Part shown: positions 1 to 12,795 of the stretch, one piece after another
How positions within the stretch are numbered: the stretch's first letter is position 1
How the letters are laid out: each line of letters opens with the position of its first letter
Assembly: GCA_008632985.1 (NCBI GenBank)
Contig: QPGO01000165.1
Span: 1 to 64,000 of the forward strand
DNA from: Psammoneis japonica
Taxonomy: Eukaryota
Length of the DNA stretch: 64,000 bases
Direction of reading: 5' to 3'
Notes under the pieces: generated by a model
The model's input: only the letters and a program-made list of their open reading frames with translations
The model's database searches: none
What the model was told of the DNA's origin: nothing
Position numbers and translations under genes: made by a program

Positions 1-725
1 TGCAATCTGGCAGGACAAATCTGGGTGGGGGCATTGAAGATTCAAAGCTTGTGGCATGATGACAGCAAGTTCCCAAGGATGTGTGCACAGCTGCAGCATG
101 CAATCATGCAGTCTGGGCCAATGCATCATCGTGCACAGTTGCAAAGGTGGAAGAGAGTGGTTGTGAGTGGGGAGGGTGGGACACAGTGCCTTTCCAATTT
201 TTTTGAAGCTCACTCAAAGGTGGGTCATTTGGATGAAAGGGCATGTGGAGAAAGATTGGGTTGGACTGGGTTGCTGCTGCTGCTCTGGTTGCATTTTCGA
301 AAATCAGGTTGCGTGCTTTTTGGAAAACTGGTTGCAAGTGGTTGGGTTTGCATCTGCAGGCTTGCAGGCAGCTGCACAGCAGCTTCATCTTGGTTCAGGC
401 ATCATGCAGATCAAAGCAAAGGTTTTGAATTGGAGCAGCATGCCCATGATGAGACCAGTGAGTGCTCCAGGTGGGTGGGCTGAGCAAGGTGGAAGAATGC
501 ACAGACATGAGCTCATCTCCTTTTTTCAGAATGCAGTGTGGAGTTGTGAGCCTTGGAGAGAAATGGTCAGGTCCACGAAGTTGACTTGGTTGGATCTGGG
601 GCTGGTGACCCACGTGATGTCAAAGTCATTTGGCCTGGAGGTGAAGGCTTCCTGGTGGGTGGCGTTGGCGGCAGCATCGGTGATTTTCCAGATGCCAAGT
701 GCATCATCTGCAAAATGTTTTGGTC
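1..725 (-). mobile_element. Degenerate Penelope-like retroelement reverse transcriptase fragment
   Basis: Minus-strand frames read HFADDALGIW...VNFVDLTISL (RT xxDD motif plus the DLTI motif) and later PIFLHMPFHPNDPP, resembling PLE RT C-terminal motifs. Frameshifted and TpA-depleted. Confidence 0.6.
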
Positions 726-731
726 TCCCTT

Positions 732-735
<4 letters not shown>

Positions 736-772
<37 letters not shown>
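736..772. repeat. (TC)n microsatellite; a separate poly-C run lies at 964-986
   Basis: Directly visible. Confidence 0.95.
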
Positions 773-775
<3 letters not shown>

Positions 776-1272
776 AGTGGCCTCTCTGACTGCAGTCCAG
801 CAGGATGAAACTTTGGAGCCATGGGAGATGATGCAAACATCTGAAAAATGTTGATGTCTGAGTGGAAAGATTGGCAAAAGCATCAGTTGTTTGCATTGTT
901 GCCCAAGCTCCATGCACTCACCAACTCAGTTCCTGCCTCTCTCTTGCCTTGTTGTCTGCACTGCCCCCCCCCCCCCCCCCCCCCCCTGATGCTTTTCTGT
1001 TGCCTTCCCTTGCTGCTGATGTCATTGTCATGACATTTTACAAGCCTTGTGCATTGTGTTTTGTGTCTTGTGAGGAAATGATGGTTGGTGCTTTTGCAGC
1101 AATGTTGAGCCTGTCTGCCTGGTGATTCCTGTCAGCATCACTTTTTAAGTGATGGTTTTGTTTTAAAATTCCATGCTCACACTCGGTTTTGAAGGTTTGA
1201 ATGATTTGAAATGACTTGATGAATCATCCAGTCATTTTGAGGTTCTGCATGTGTGTCGGCAGTTGGTCAATT

Positions 1273-1519
1273 TCTCATTTTTCATCGTGTCAACATTTCT
1301 TGTCAGAATGCAAATTTTCAAAGTCTTGCTGTGCAGGTGGAGCTGGCAAATCTCAAGCTCAATCTCAGCCACAAGAGCCCAGCTGCAGGAGCCCTCTCAT
1401 TTTTCATCATGTTGATGTGCTCTCATTAAGATGCAAATTTTCACAGTCTTGCTGTGCAGGTGGAGCTGACAAATCTCAAGCTCAATCTCAGCCACAAGAG
1501 TGCAGCAGCAGGAGCCCTC
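1273..1519. repeat. Imperfect direct duplication of about 122 bp
   Basis: atgcaaattttca..agtcttgctgtgcaggtggagctg.caaatctcaagctcaatctcagccacaagag occurs at about 1308 and 1431. Confidence 0.9.
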
Positions 1520-1774
1520 AGAGAAACCAAGGCTGTGCTGCCGCAGCTGCTGCAGCACCAGCATGATGGTCCCAACCCAGCAACTGCTGCCACTGCTGCT
1601 GCCTCCACAATGACAAAGCCGCTGCCCACCATGCCAATGTGGGCCCGCACCACTCTCCAGCCACTGCAACCAAAAATCTTGAGTTTCTCATGTGCTGGCA
1701 CAAAATTCCCATGATTCTTGTTGTTGCATGCCCTGGCACCCAATGGAGTCTCTCACAGCCATCCAAAGACAACT

Positions 1775-2290
1775 GGTCACTTGCGCTGTCACACAGATGG
1801 CTCCATGGTCTCTGCACAGGTGTGTTGGCTGGGCCAAAAAAGCCCCCAGTCATGTCAGAAAGGAAAGGGGCCACATTGACACAAGAAAAGGCCTTTGCTC
1901 CCCAACCAAGGGGTTGTTGTTGGCTCTCCTGGGACACAATGGAATCACCCAAGGCCAGCAAAAGACGTCCGGGCACTTGCGCTGTCACACAGAAAGCTCC
2001 CTTGCCTCTGCAGGTGGGGTGGCTGGGCCACCACAGCAAGCCGATCCCATCAGAAAGAAAAGGGGCTGCACTGGCCCAAGACAAGGCTTTTCCTTTCCAA
2101 CCATCATTGCAGCCGTCTCTTCCTGGACCCAACAGAGTCTCTTGTGCCTGCCCCCAGACAACTGAGTGCTTGCACTGTCACACAGATGGCTCCCTTGTCT
2201 TTTTTGCAGGTTGAGCCACCAAAAGCCATCCCAAGACAACAGAGTGCTTGCACTGTCACACAGATGGTTCCCTTGTCTTTGCAGGTTGGC
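1775..2290. repeat. Dispersed short repeats with core cttgc(g/a)ctgtcacacaga, four copies
   Basis: Core motif at about 1780, 1976, 2169 and 2247; repeated again in the duplicate at 16380-16890. Confidence 0.85.
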
Positions 2291-5200
2291 TGGTGCCTCC
2301 ACACCTTGTGCAGCTGGGCATCTTCTTGTGTGGAGGACATTCATGCAAGGGGCTGGGCCATTGTCTTCATTTGCGGTGATGGCAAGAGGGAAAAGATGAG
2401 ACATTCTTCCCAGTCTCTGTCATCTGGCAATGGCTTTCCAAGCAGTGGCACCATTGCTTGCTTTGTGAGATGCAAAGACCATGCCTTGGCAAGTTTAAAT
2501 CTGAGCAACTCTTCCTGCTGTTCCCAGTGCTTCTCTTCCTGCAGCGCTGGGTGGGGGTGTGCTTGCCAAAGTCATTGTCAGGGTTCAGGCCAAAATGGAG
2601 AAAGAAGAGCACTGGGAGATGCCCTTGAAAATGTCTTGAGAGTTAAGAATTGTTGAACAAGAAGAAGCAGGATGATGTGGGCTGGTCAGTCAATGCAGGA
2701 CTCTTGCCACTGTGGTGAATCCCAAAATGTCCATTGCCGCCATCTGTAAAGAACAGTCAGGCTGACATCACATGCAGCACTGCGTGTGCATTGAGATGTC
2801 ACTTGATCCATTTCAGCTGCTGTCCTCCTTTCACTCCATGCAGCAAGCACCTGTTGGCTGTCTCTAGAGCAGAGAGCAGTGATTTGGCAGAGGCTGCATG
2901 ACACCCAACTGCTGCAGTGCTCAGCAGAAATCCAACAGCAAATGTGGACAAGAATGATGGACGGCAATTGCAAACCAGGTCCTGCACAGGACAGTTGAGC
3001 ACAAAAAAGTGAGAAGATGTGGCATCACACTTCATCACATGGAAGTTGCACAAGTGCTTTTTTCATCATGGTCTTTTCCAAGATGGATCTTGGTCTCCAA
3101 ACTCATGCTCTGCTCCTCCTCGTCTTTGTCACCAACATCTCCATGTTGCCACATTCCAGAACAAGATTTGCGAGCTGTTTCCTGGGCAACCTTCAATTCC
3201 ACAGACATGCTTGCCAGGCCACTGCCTTCCAAAATTTCAATGCCAGACAGTCTGCGTTGGTTTGCTTGACTGCATGAGCAACAAGTCCAGCAGCCACAAG
3301 TTGTTCATCAATGGCCCGACGCACAGCTGAGCAATCATTGAGCAACAAACAACAATGGAAGAGATGGCCACACAAACTTGCTTTGAAAAACAAACAAACA
3401 AAAGCTTGCCTGCATCCATCACTTTCATGCCCCCCATCCACATTTCAAATCCAACAATGTCCATTCTTGCAGTGTCAGCACTGACACCTGAGTCTGAGCA
3501 ACAGGCATTGCTGTGACAGTGTGCTGCCACACCATCAATGGTGCTGCACTCTCTGTCAATTCTGATGCAACAAAAGAGCACAGCCAGAAACATGAGTCAG
3601 TGTGGAACAATGCCAAGACATTGCATGAAATGTGTTGAGCGACAAATGACAACAACGCAAGAGACAGCAATGCAACTTGCTTTGGTGCCAAAACAAAAGC
3701 CTTGCTTGCATCTCTTTTGCCCCCCTTCGGTGATTCAAAGCATGATTTGTTACAGCTGCAATGTCTCAAACAGCAGAGTGACAGCAATGCTTTGAATGCA
3801 GTCAAATTGCTGCAGCAGAAGAAGCGGCAACAACAGGAAGCACATCATCAAAATCAAAAATGCAATTGGGTGATGGAAGACATCACCTGCCATGGTGATT
3901 CTGTTGCAACAGTGAAGACAATCATCACATCATTGCAGCTGTTGGCGTTGATGTGGTGTGTGTGGTCTGGTGTGAAAAAATGTGCGTCTGCCAACTGCAA
4001 ATTGGGCCACACAGGTGTCAACAACTTGAAAAAGAAAAAAATGGTTAAATTGTTTGTGGCTCAATGTTTGCAAAAATGCACAATTGACAACTGTGTAAAT
4101 TGAAGATCGGTGGACAGAGTTAGAGCCTGCCTGTGCAACAATTTTGTTTGTCAACAAGCTTCATTCTTGACAAGCACCAAAACATGTTGCAGACAAAGGT
4201 TGTGGCATGCAAGCAAATTTCTGAGGTGCCATCTTATGTGCAAGCAACTGCAGCAGACAGTCATGCAATTGAGTCCAACGCATTGTTGTGCATCGTTGCT
4301 GAGGTTTGAGAGGGGTTGTGAGGGGGGGTCAGCCACTGTTTGACAAGAGTGTGCAAAGCTGCATCTTGTTCTCCAGGAAATGACCCATGTGCGCACTGCA
4401 AGTGAGAACTTGACAAGCTCAGAGCTGGGCCACTGTGTGTGTCAACCCACCATCAGGGGGTGTTTCAAAGTCACTGCTTTGCACCGTGAGGTCAAAACAT
4501 TGAGAAACATTTTGACTTGCCGGGGAGCACCCAACAAGCACACAGCCATCAAGAAGAGTTTTGATGACATTGACAGGAGGGTGAAGCTTGCAAAAGAAAA
4601 ACAAGGGACAGGAGGAGACAAGATCCATCATGCCCCCCTCCAGAGTCAAATGACAAGCATGCCTCCCAGATTTTTGGAGAGACATTTGGGAGCACATGAG
4701 GTTTTTTTTAGAAAGTGGCCTCAAGCAAAACATGGGCTTTGACCAGCAAGAAGAAGTTGCTGTTGTGTGGAGGTTGTCCAAGAACAAAACAAGCTTGTCC
4801 CACGTTTGAGCTGCTGCTGTGTTGCCATTTTGTGCACAGTTTTTTGTTCTGAAACATTTGATGAGAACACACAAAAAACCACATTTTCTTGTCCTCCAGA
4901 AGATGAGCCATGAGTTGCCCACAATAAAATGGTTTTGTTGTCCATTGAAAGCAAGAATTTGACAAGTTCAGCTGAGCCACCACACCTCAAAACAGGCCGC
5001 TGTGCTCTGGATGATTGTGTTGAAACACTGAGGTGCATCTTGCTTGACCTGCTGCAGTGGCAAGTTTTGATGACATTGACAGGAGGATGAAGCTTGCAAA
5101 ACAGATGGTTCATGAGTGCAAGACAAGATCCATCATCCCACTCCAGAGTCAAGTGCAAAGTTTTGGAGCACATGAAGCCTTTTGTGGAACAGGGGCTGTT

Positions 5201-5510
5201 CCTCCCAAAATGCGAGCTTTGACCAAGTGCTCCACGTCTGGTGTGGCAATGATCTGAGATGCGAGCCAGCATGGCACAAAATTTCCGTTGCTGCAGAAAG
5301 TCGGATTTGTCCTGTGTTGTTAATTGCCTGATGCTAAGTCTGCACGCCGGCGTGCAGACAACTGATGTTGTTCGTTAAACCATGCTGTGATCTTGCACAC
5401 TCATGCCCGAGTTGATTCATGCCACACAATCTTGTCACCTGCCACGTGTCGTTGCTGCCACGTGGTTCGTCCCACTCATTTTCATTTCATTTGTTTTTAC
5501 AACATGAACA

Positions 5511-7130
5511 ATGGCACCCCCCTTTGCCGTTGGAAATGATTGTCCCATGTGCGGCAAACGTTTTCTCTCAACTGGTCTTCAACACCACCTGAGAACTTGT
5601 CTTCCCTGCAAACTGTCCTTTTCTCAAAGCCTTCACGACGTTTCTTCCCGTCAATCCCACCCCGCCAATGGAGAACATCCCCAAACTGGAGAAACAGATG
5701 AACAAGTGGATGTTGCCGCCTCTTCTGCTCTCGGCTCTCCTCCATTCGAATTTGTCGCTGCAGGCCCCGATGCCAACAAATCTCCATCTCCACCAGGTTA
5801 CACCCGACACAATCCCCGGCCGCCGCGTTCCCATCGTGCATCTTCATCCATGCCAGAGCTGCATGTTTCCCACAACAATTCCATTCTTCCCCACGTTGAT
5901 GATGTTTCAGAATGTCAGTTTCCTGACCCCGAAGAATTTGTTTCCGACACCGAGGCTTCTGCCATCAATGTTGCAGAATCTGGCCCCTTTTCTGCACTCG
6001 ATCAAGTTGGGCACCTCTCCGCGGACGAGGACCTCGTGGTGCCCGAAGTGCACAACTGCAAAACAACATCCATGGTCCGCATGTTGAATTTGTGCCGCTC
6101 CAAGGGTGCCCCAATGAGTGTGACAGATGAATTGCTGAGAACTGTGCAGGAGGAATTCTCCAGTGGTGGGTTGTCCGTCACAAGACAAATTCCCTCTTCT
6201 CGAACTTTCATGTCCAAGCTCAAGTCAATGTTGCCCAGCGTTGTGGCCCCTGTGCTGCAGCACATTCCTCTTGAGTCTGTTTCCATTGTCAACCAATTCA
6301 AGACCAACCCGCCTCAGGATCTCTCTCCCAGCATCCCTGTGTGCGACTTTTCCTTTCAACTGCAGGATCTGTTCGACGATCCCCTTTTTGCCGACCTTTC
6401 AAATCTTGATGTTCCTCCTGATTCACGTTGGTCTCAGGAGCTCTCCAGTGAACCCATGTTGGATGAGAATGGCAACTGGAAACTTTGTGACGATGCCGAA
6501 ATGAAGGATGGTGAAACTCACAGGAACTGTGTTTGTGGCAGCAATTTTCCCACCGTCCCCGGTTTCTTTCATGTGTTCCTTTTGCATTTCACCGACAAAA
6601 CCGGGAAAGGACAGGTCTCACCTCATTCGATGGAGCCATTTGTTTTCTCTATGACTCTCATCAAGTCATGTGCCTGCCATCATTTTGAAGCATGGCGTCC
6701 TCTTGGATTTGTTCCAAAACACACCGGTTGCAAAACAAAGAATCCCGTTTTTGGGATGAACGTCAGAAATTATCACTGAATTTTGTCTGTCATCCTAGCG
6801 TCTGTGATTCAAGCGCAAGAATCACCTCCTGTCTGCTGAGTCCAACTTGGCGATCAGTGTTGTTGTGAGCACATTGTTGTTCACAGCGTGACATTGTTGG
6901 GCGATGCTGTTGACGCCGCACAAGTCACCGGTCATGTTTCTGGGCGTGAGAACTCCTGCCGCATCAGTCATGCCTGTCACACTTCCTGGACCAACAGCAA
7001 TGAACAATGAACCTTTACAATGCTGCAGGCACTTTTCCCAAGAACTGATGGAGCGTTTGACTGTGGCAGCCCTTGGTCACTGCGATGGATTGTGCGAAGT
7101 TGTGGAGCAATTGCACAAATCGTGCGAAAG
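5511..7130 (+). pseudogene. Plavaka-type transposase, disrupted
   Basis: N-terminal CxxC..HxxxC finger; core FTDKTGK..MEPFVFSMTL..AWRPLGFVP..NVRNYH; after a stop it continues GDAVDAAQVTG..CRISHAC. Expected Tyr residues appear as Cys/His. Confidence 0.7.
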
Positions 7131-7487
7131 AGAGAGAGAGAAGAAGCGGGTGTAGATGAGGAAGACAGAAGGGTGAGAGCAAGGCTGAGCGATGAGTGAG
7201 AGAGAAGAGATGAGCCCAAATGCCTGCACAGCATGTGATCAAACTAGTGCACACCAAAATCATGGAAATTTTTAACAAACCAGTGAGTTGAGAACAATGT
7301 CAAAACAGTGTTCTGTTCGTGGTGGGCTCGCAGCAGAGCAAGCTGGGGGCAGCTAGAGAATGGTGACCCAGACGGCACAGTGAGACATCGCATGCCAGCC
7401 AACAATGAAAAAACAAGGTTTAGGACTGCAGCCCTTTCACACAGGAAAATTGTGCCCACAAAATAAAATTGGCTGGCGATTTGAAAA

Positions 7488-8760
7488 TTGTGGCATGCAA
7501 CAGTGGGGAGTGCGATTGTTCTTCGCTCGGATCATGAAATGTGCAGTGAACGGATGATGGGCGGGAGGCTGAAAACAACAAAACATGCCATTCAAAAGGA
7601 ATGTAAAATTCATCAATTGATGTTTGATGATGAGAAATTTGAAAAATTTGGCATGCAACAAAAGGGAGTTTTTAGAAAAGGGCGAACGTGCGTGATGGCG
7701 GGCACACACTCCAGGACTGGGTTTGGTGCAGAGGGGACAATTTCATTGACACAACACGTGAGGATGGGTGGGCAACATGTCGGTGCAAAACAATTCATCA
7801 GGTGCGTGCATTGCGGCGTCAGTGCACAAACAGATTGGCCCTCTCACGCTGCTTGTGTGTCCTTCGTGACAGTCAGCACCCATGACACAACAAACACAGG
7901 ATGCCACAATGTCCAGATTGTGGGAATGTTGGTCGTGAGCTCGGAGGTGGCAAAGAAAAAGTTCATGGATGGCCAGACAACCAATTGCGTTACAACTGCG
8001 GTGCACCCAAGGACAAAGTTCGTGATGCACGATGACATCAAGTTGGCCTTTGGGAGCAAAATGCAGAAAAAGGTTTGCAAGCACCTCAATGTGGACGTGG
8101 GTGACTGTGCAGTTTGGTGGGAAGAGAACAAGGAAAAGGTGAGGAAAAGACTCAACAGGAGAAGAAACAACAGACAGGAGGCATTTAGAAAGAAGATGGT
8201 TGGCAAGTAAAATTCGGGAGGCGGGTTGATGAGGTGAAGCAGTGTTCTCACCAGTTGTTTCTTGCTCAGAAATGGCTAAATGCGAGGGACTAGAAACAGT
8301 CAAAGACATCAAAAAGGGCAGGCGGTTGGCTCATGCTCACTTCTGGTTCTTAGAGAATTTCTGCTCAACAGCAGCGGGCATGGAATGCTGCAAAACAGCA
8401 GACAACCAAGGTGTCAGCAACTGGCTGACAACAAGCATGGAAGCTTTTGCAAGGCTCATGTGTGACAACTGCTGCAAAATGGCCTTGTCAGCAGCAGAGG
8501 TCGAGGAGGAATTCGAAGATGACGGAGGGGCGCACCAAACGACACAACCCGTGGCCCCAAAATGCACTTTCCTGGGGAAAGGCACAAAACAAAATCAAGG
8601 ATGGAACCAGGGTGGGATCAAAAAGCACAACAAACTCTACGATGCTGTGGCGAAGGAGAGAGAACAGATTGCAGCAGAGTCGATGCACAGCACCTGCAAA
8701 CAAAGAAATCGGAGAGCGCTCATGGCAAGAAAAGAAAAAGGAAAAAGAAGGACAGCATGA
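7488..8760 (+). pseudogene. Accessory ORF(s) of the Plavaka-like element
   Basis: HPRTKFV..WW..VRKRLNRRRNN and SMEAFARLM.DN..PKCT..GWNQGGIKKHNKL..V.KER. A similar pair lies at 50869-52284 beside the second Plavaka transposase. Confidence 0.5.
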
Positions 8761-10033
8761 GCGGATGGGCTGCTCCAAAAGCTGATTGGAGCGACAGCAA
8801 AAAGGAGGCCACTGGAAGGAACAACGAGCAAGTGAACAAAGAGGAAGAGGAAGAGACTCCAGAAGCAGCAGCGACCGACAACAGTGCTTCGACACAAACG
8901 GGTTCTCAACAAAGAGTGGTGAACAACAACACACAGAAGCAACACAGGGTGCGACGAGGAAACGGGTGGAACAACAGCGGTGTTCACCAGTGCGCAGCAG
9001 AAAATGACGGTGGCAGCGATGTTGACCACGAAATCCACTCAGTTCGGAAGCAGCAGCTGTGTTGAATGTGAAAAGCGTCCAAGTGTTGCGCTGTAAAATG
9101 ATGGGCATGTTGTCCGTGTGCTTGTTGGATTTAAAGCAAGGTTTGAAAGCAATGTGAATCGGGGGCTGTCACAAAGGTAAATTGTCGCATGGTGAAAAGG
9201 GGGCCAGTGTTGCACTTGACAATGTCAGGAACATTCTCCGCATGGTTGTCACATTTAAATTTTCTGGTGTCACATGACAAAAAAAAATTGGATGGAAAGC
9301 AAGATTTCTGCCACGGCATGCAAGAATTTTAAAATTAAATTTAACAAAATTCTGCCATGAAGGGCAAGAATGTCGCACGCAAGTTCGCGCGCGATGTCAG
9401 ATTGTTGCCCCACCAGACGCAATCACAAAAAAAGTGATTGTCCTGTGTTTGAGCCAGTTTGTTTCATGTGCAGGTTTTTGCTCTGAAATGTGGGAAGTGA
9501 TGGACTCCCACCGCCATTGTCACTTGTTTTGCGCTGCTGGCAAATTCAATGCCATCATCTCCTGCAGAGCTGTCTTCTCTTTGCACGTGTCTCTCTCTTG
9601 GAGCACAGCTGCGCGAGGAATGCCAAGCCTTTAGCTTTCTTTGGTTTCTCTCATGTCTGGACCAATGGTGGTGCAATCAAGATGAGAGGAGTGTTGAAGT
9701 GATGGTGAGCATGTGGTTGGCACCTGCGCCATTTTTGCTCTCTGCCTTTGGTGTGTTGCACGCACGCCAGTGGCTGCCTGGCTGCGATGATGTGACAGCA
9801 ACACTGGAGCACTTGACATGGATGGTTGCCATTGTCTGTGCATTGCACTTTTGTCTTTGAAATAGATTGCTTCAGAGACCAGAAGAAGCAGATGATGTGT
9901 TGTTTGTGCTTCCTCTTCCTTCAACAACCACAGGAACTCACTCGAGCGTAGAGAGCAAACACACAGACGTTCGTCGCGCAACTCGCGCGATGCCACGTCA
10001 CGGCCGCTCCTGCAACACATCCACAACCCGTTA

Positions 10034-10758
10034 GACCCTGTCCAAACACTGTCATGCGCATGATCATACCTGACGTCACAGCGCCTAAAATGAGCCTCTT
10101 CGAAAAAATTAGTGGTCATTGGCCCTGTGCATGACGTAATTTTAGGCCATGCCAACTTTCATGAGGATGTTTGTTCTCGCGAGAACAGACTTCCTCGGAA
10201 ACATCACACCCCAACATCACACCCCACCGACGAAACACGAAAACAACTGATGTGCATCGTTTTTTGATACGTCCAAAGCGCATGTGGCTGCACATTATAT
10301 GAGGCAACCACATGAGACCATGCATGAGCCGCTTGTTGTCTTTGGGGGGCTTTGTGTGCCATTCTGGACTCTTCTGACACAACCATTTTGCCAAACAGTT
10401 TCTTAAAATAAATTCATGTCACACACTCTTACAGACAACTGATTTAGCCATAAGTTATACATAAGCATGATTTTTTTGTCAACAGGTGTCCATTGTATGG
10501 CTTATTGTCGCCTTGTGGTTGCGTTTTCGTCGTCATGGTCATGTCGCTCTCGTCGTGTTGTTATCGCTGGTTCATTCATGTTGTATCTGGTATTGCTTCG
10601 CGCACTGTAAGTTTGAATCATTCGATTAATGTCTATGAGGTACTATCATACGTACGAATGTGTTTGGACAGAACATTACGGGTATGACCTATGACGTCAT
10701 CATAAAAGCCTGCGTGACGTGGGTATGATCATACCTATGATAGTGTTTGGACAGAGTC
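10034..10758. mobile_element. MITE, PIF/Harbinger (Tourist)-like, 725 bp
   Basis: Imperfect TIRs of about 47 bp (gaccctgtccaaacact... and ...agtgtttggacagagtc) with TTA on both sides (10031-33, 10759-61). Confidence 0.8.
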
Positions 10759-10921
10759 TTAGAAGAGTTCGGAGGTTCGAGTTCGAGCCGACGAGCAACG
10801 GTGGAGATAGATTGGAAATGAGGAGATGAGTGAGGACCGACGGCGTTTTATCCATTGACTCTATCCAGTGTACTCATCTCTTGTCGATACTAAAGCCATA
10901 AGTTACACTGGTTATACAAAA

Positions 10922-12043
10922 ATGGGAACGTCAACTTCCAAAGAAGCTTCTTTTACGTCGGTGAAAAGTTGGAAGCAATTTTCTGGACTCTCGAAAACAA
11001 GCTGCGATGCTCCTGCTGCTCCACCGCCACCACTCCCGCCACCGGGTACTACTACAAGTTCCCCACCACCTCCTCCTCCCGCTGAAACGAGTACAGAACA
11101 ACAAGAACAACCCAAAGACGCCATTGCGCTTGCGGCCGAGTCAGTCTCTGCTACAATTCCAAACCCGGGCACTTACGAAGAAGCCACGTTGGATTGCAAG
11201 CGTCTCGTGCAACTCGACACCCACGATGGCTTTCGCGTGGACATCAACAAGCAGCTCAGTCCCTTCATGGCGGTTGTGCATTCCTTTTGGCTCGGTACGT
11301 CCATGCTTCCCGACGGACGCAACCGGACCTATACCTTTGTCACGCAAGTAGCCGATGAACAGGGACTTCTCATGGCCCGTGTCGATCCCGAACGCGGCTC
11401 GGTCGATGGACGGATCCATCGTGCGCTCTTGGGCGGGTTGGCCATGGTCAAGGTACAAGCCGGTCTAAGTGCGAGTGGTGAACACGATCAACTCTTGGCC
11501 GAACTGGACTTTGGTGGAGAAACGTGGAGGGGTAACCTCAAGTACGGCTCCATGGGTGGGGGGCAAGTGTTTGGATGCAATTACTTTCAGAGTATAACAG
11601 ACCGGCTCGCCATGGGAGGGGAGGGCATGTACCTTGCTGCGAATCAAAACATTCTTTCCAATTATACCGCCAAATACACTGCGCCCGTCAGAACGGAGGA
11701 CGGTGACGGCGGCGGGTCTAGTACGATTTGTGCCAACTTCAACACGTCCCAGGGTCTCTTGTTGCTCAATTACAAACGAGTCGTGACACCCAACCGTGTC
11801 ACACTTGGAGCCGAGTTGGAGTGTTCGCCGTTAAGCCTAGAGTCACGGGTGGCGGTTGGAGCCGAATTCAAGCTGTCACGGTCCAAAATGGCTCTTTGTG
11901 TAGACGGAACGGGCAAGGTTCAAAGCACGTTGGAGGCAAAGCTTGGCATGGCACCGGGTTCGCCGTCTTTGAACTTTTCGGCAGAACTGGATCATGCCAA
12001 GGATCAAATGAGGTTTGGATATGGCATTACGATTGATGGATAA
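10922..12043 (+). CDS. TOM40: Mitochondrial import channel Tom40, intact single exon
   Basis: Pro-rich N-terminus, NPGTYEE..DGFRVDINKQLSP..HSFWLG, beta-barrel pattern, C-terminal LDHAKDQMRFGYGITI. Normal TpA/Tyr content. Confidence 0.9.
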   Translation: MGTSTSKEASFTSVKSWKQFSGLSKTSCDAPAAPPPPLPPPGTTTSSPPPPPPAETSTEQQEQPKDAIALAAESVSATIPNPGTYEEATLDCKRLVQLDTHDGFRVDINKQLSPFMAVVHSFWLGTSMLPDGRNRTYTFVTQVADEQGLLMARVDPERGSVDGRIHRALLGGLAMVKVQAGLSASGEHDQLLAELDFGGETWRGNLKYGSMGGGQVFGCNYFQSITDRLAMGGEGMYLAANQNILSNYTAKYTAPVRTEDGDGGGSSTICANFNTSQGLLLLNYKRVVTPNRVTLGAELECSPLSLESRVAVGAEFKLSRSKMALCVDGTGKVQSTLEAKLGMAPGSPSLNFSAELDHAKDQMRFGYGITIDG

Positions 12044-12795
12044 TGTAACGAACCGAAAACGATGTTTGTGTTTTGGTTAAAACACGCATGATGCTGAATT
12101 ACTAGATAATCATAGTTTTGTGAGGGTAATGCATCGCGTATTTCAATCATTAAAATCAAAATTTAAGAATTTCTTTTTTCCGTATGAGACTGTTGTTGCT
12201 ACATCACATGGCAATACAGTAACATCTTTTTGCTTGTTCGAAAATGGCTTGATAATTAATTAATAATTGAACAGCAAACAAGCTTGGCTGCACGTTGTTT
12301 TCTCTTGCGACAAGAACGGGCGTGATGCTGCTGATTATTATTACAGCGCAAGACTTCTTGTTGACTTGTTGGTCATCGTGCTCCTCATCCAGAGCTAAAG
12401 CCAATGAGGCCCGTCGTCTTCCGACTGTGAAGTAAACTACACGAAAGGGCCCAAAATCCGGGTCTCTCTTTGTACATTATTTGTACGTAAATTTGTATTC
12501 AGTCGAAATAGATACTGTAGCAAAAATTTCTTAGAAAAAAGGGAATTTGCTTATTCGAAGCCATTCTGTGAAATTGCTGAATCCTTCGGGGTTTGCCGGC
12601 GTGCATAGTGGCGGGCTTGCGCGCGTGTCACTTCAAAACTCGAAAGCATTCGCTTCGACAATGAGAAAATAATGAGAAACTTGCTTTGCGACGGCATGTT
12701 TTCTTTCTCCAGTGACGGCAACAACAGAAGCTTTTTCATTCTCTATCATACCATATAACCTCGTGTTTTGATTCTAATCCTTGAAAAGCTGCATC

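Larger units (their letters stand above)
1139..9436 (+). mobile_element. Plavaka/CACTA(CMC)-like DNA transposon, about 8.3 kb, degenerate
   Basis: Candidate TIRs cactttttaagtgat (1139) and atcacaaaaaaagtg (ends 9436), both flanked by AT (possible 2-bp TSD). Contains a Plavaka-type transposase and accessory ORFs. Confidence 0.55.

Noticed and set aside
3702..4103. Possible chromodomain-like remnants here and at 55703-56479
   Set aside because: Resemblance too weak after hypermutation to support without a profile search.
25..5272. Numerous long overlapping Cys/His-rich ORFs on both strands as novel proteins
   Set aside because: Expected by-product of losing TAA/TAG and Tyr codons; no recognisable domains apart from TE remnants.
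10922..12043. Classical RIP (CA>TA) acting on TOM40 copy 1 rather than TA loss in the other copies
   Set aside because: Copy 1 has normal composition and Tyr at plausible conserved sites; the other copies diverge in different directions at the same TA sites; TA TSDs are eroded.
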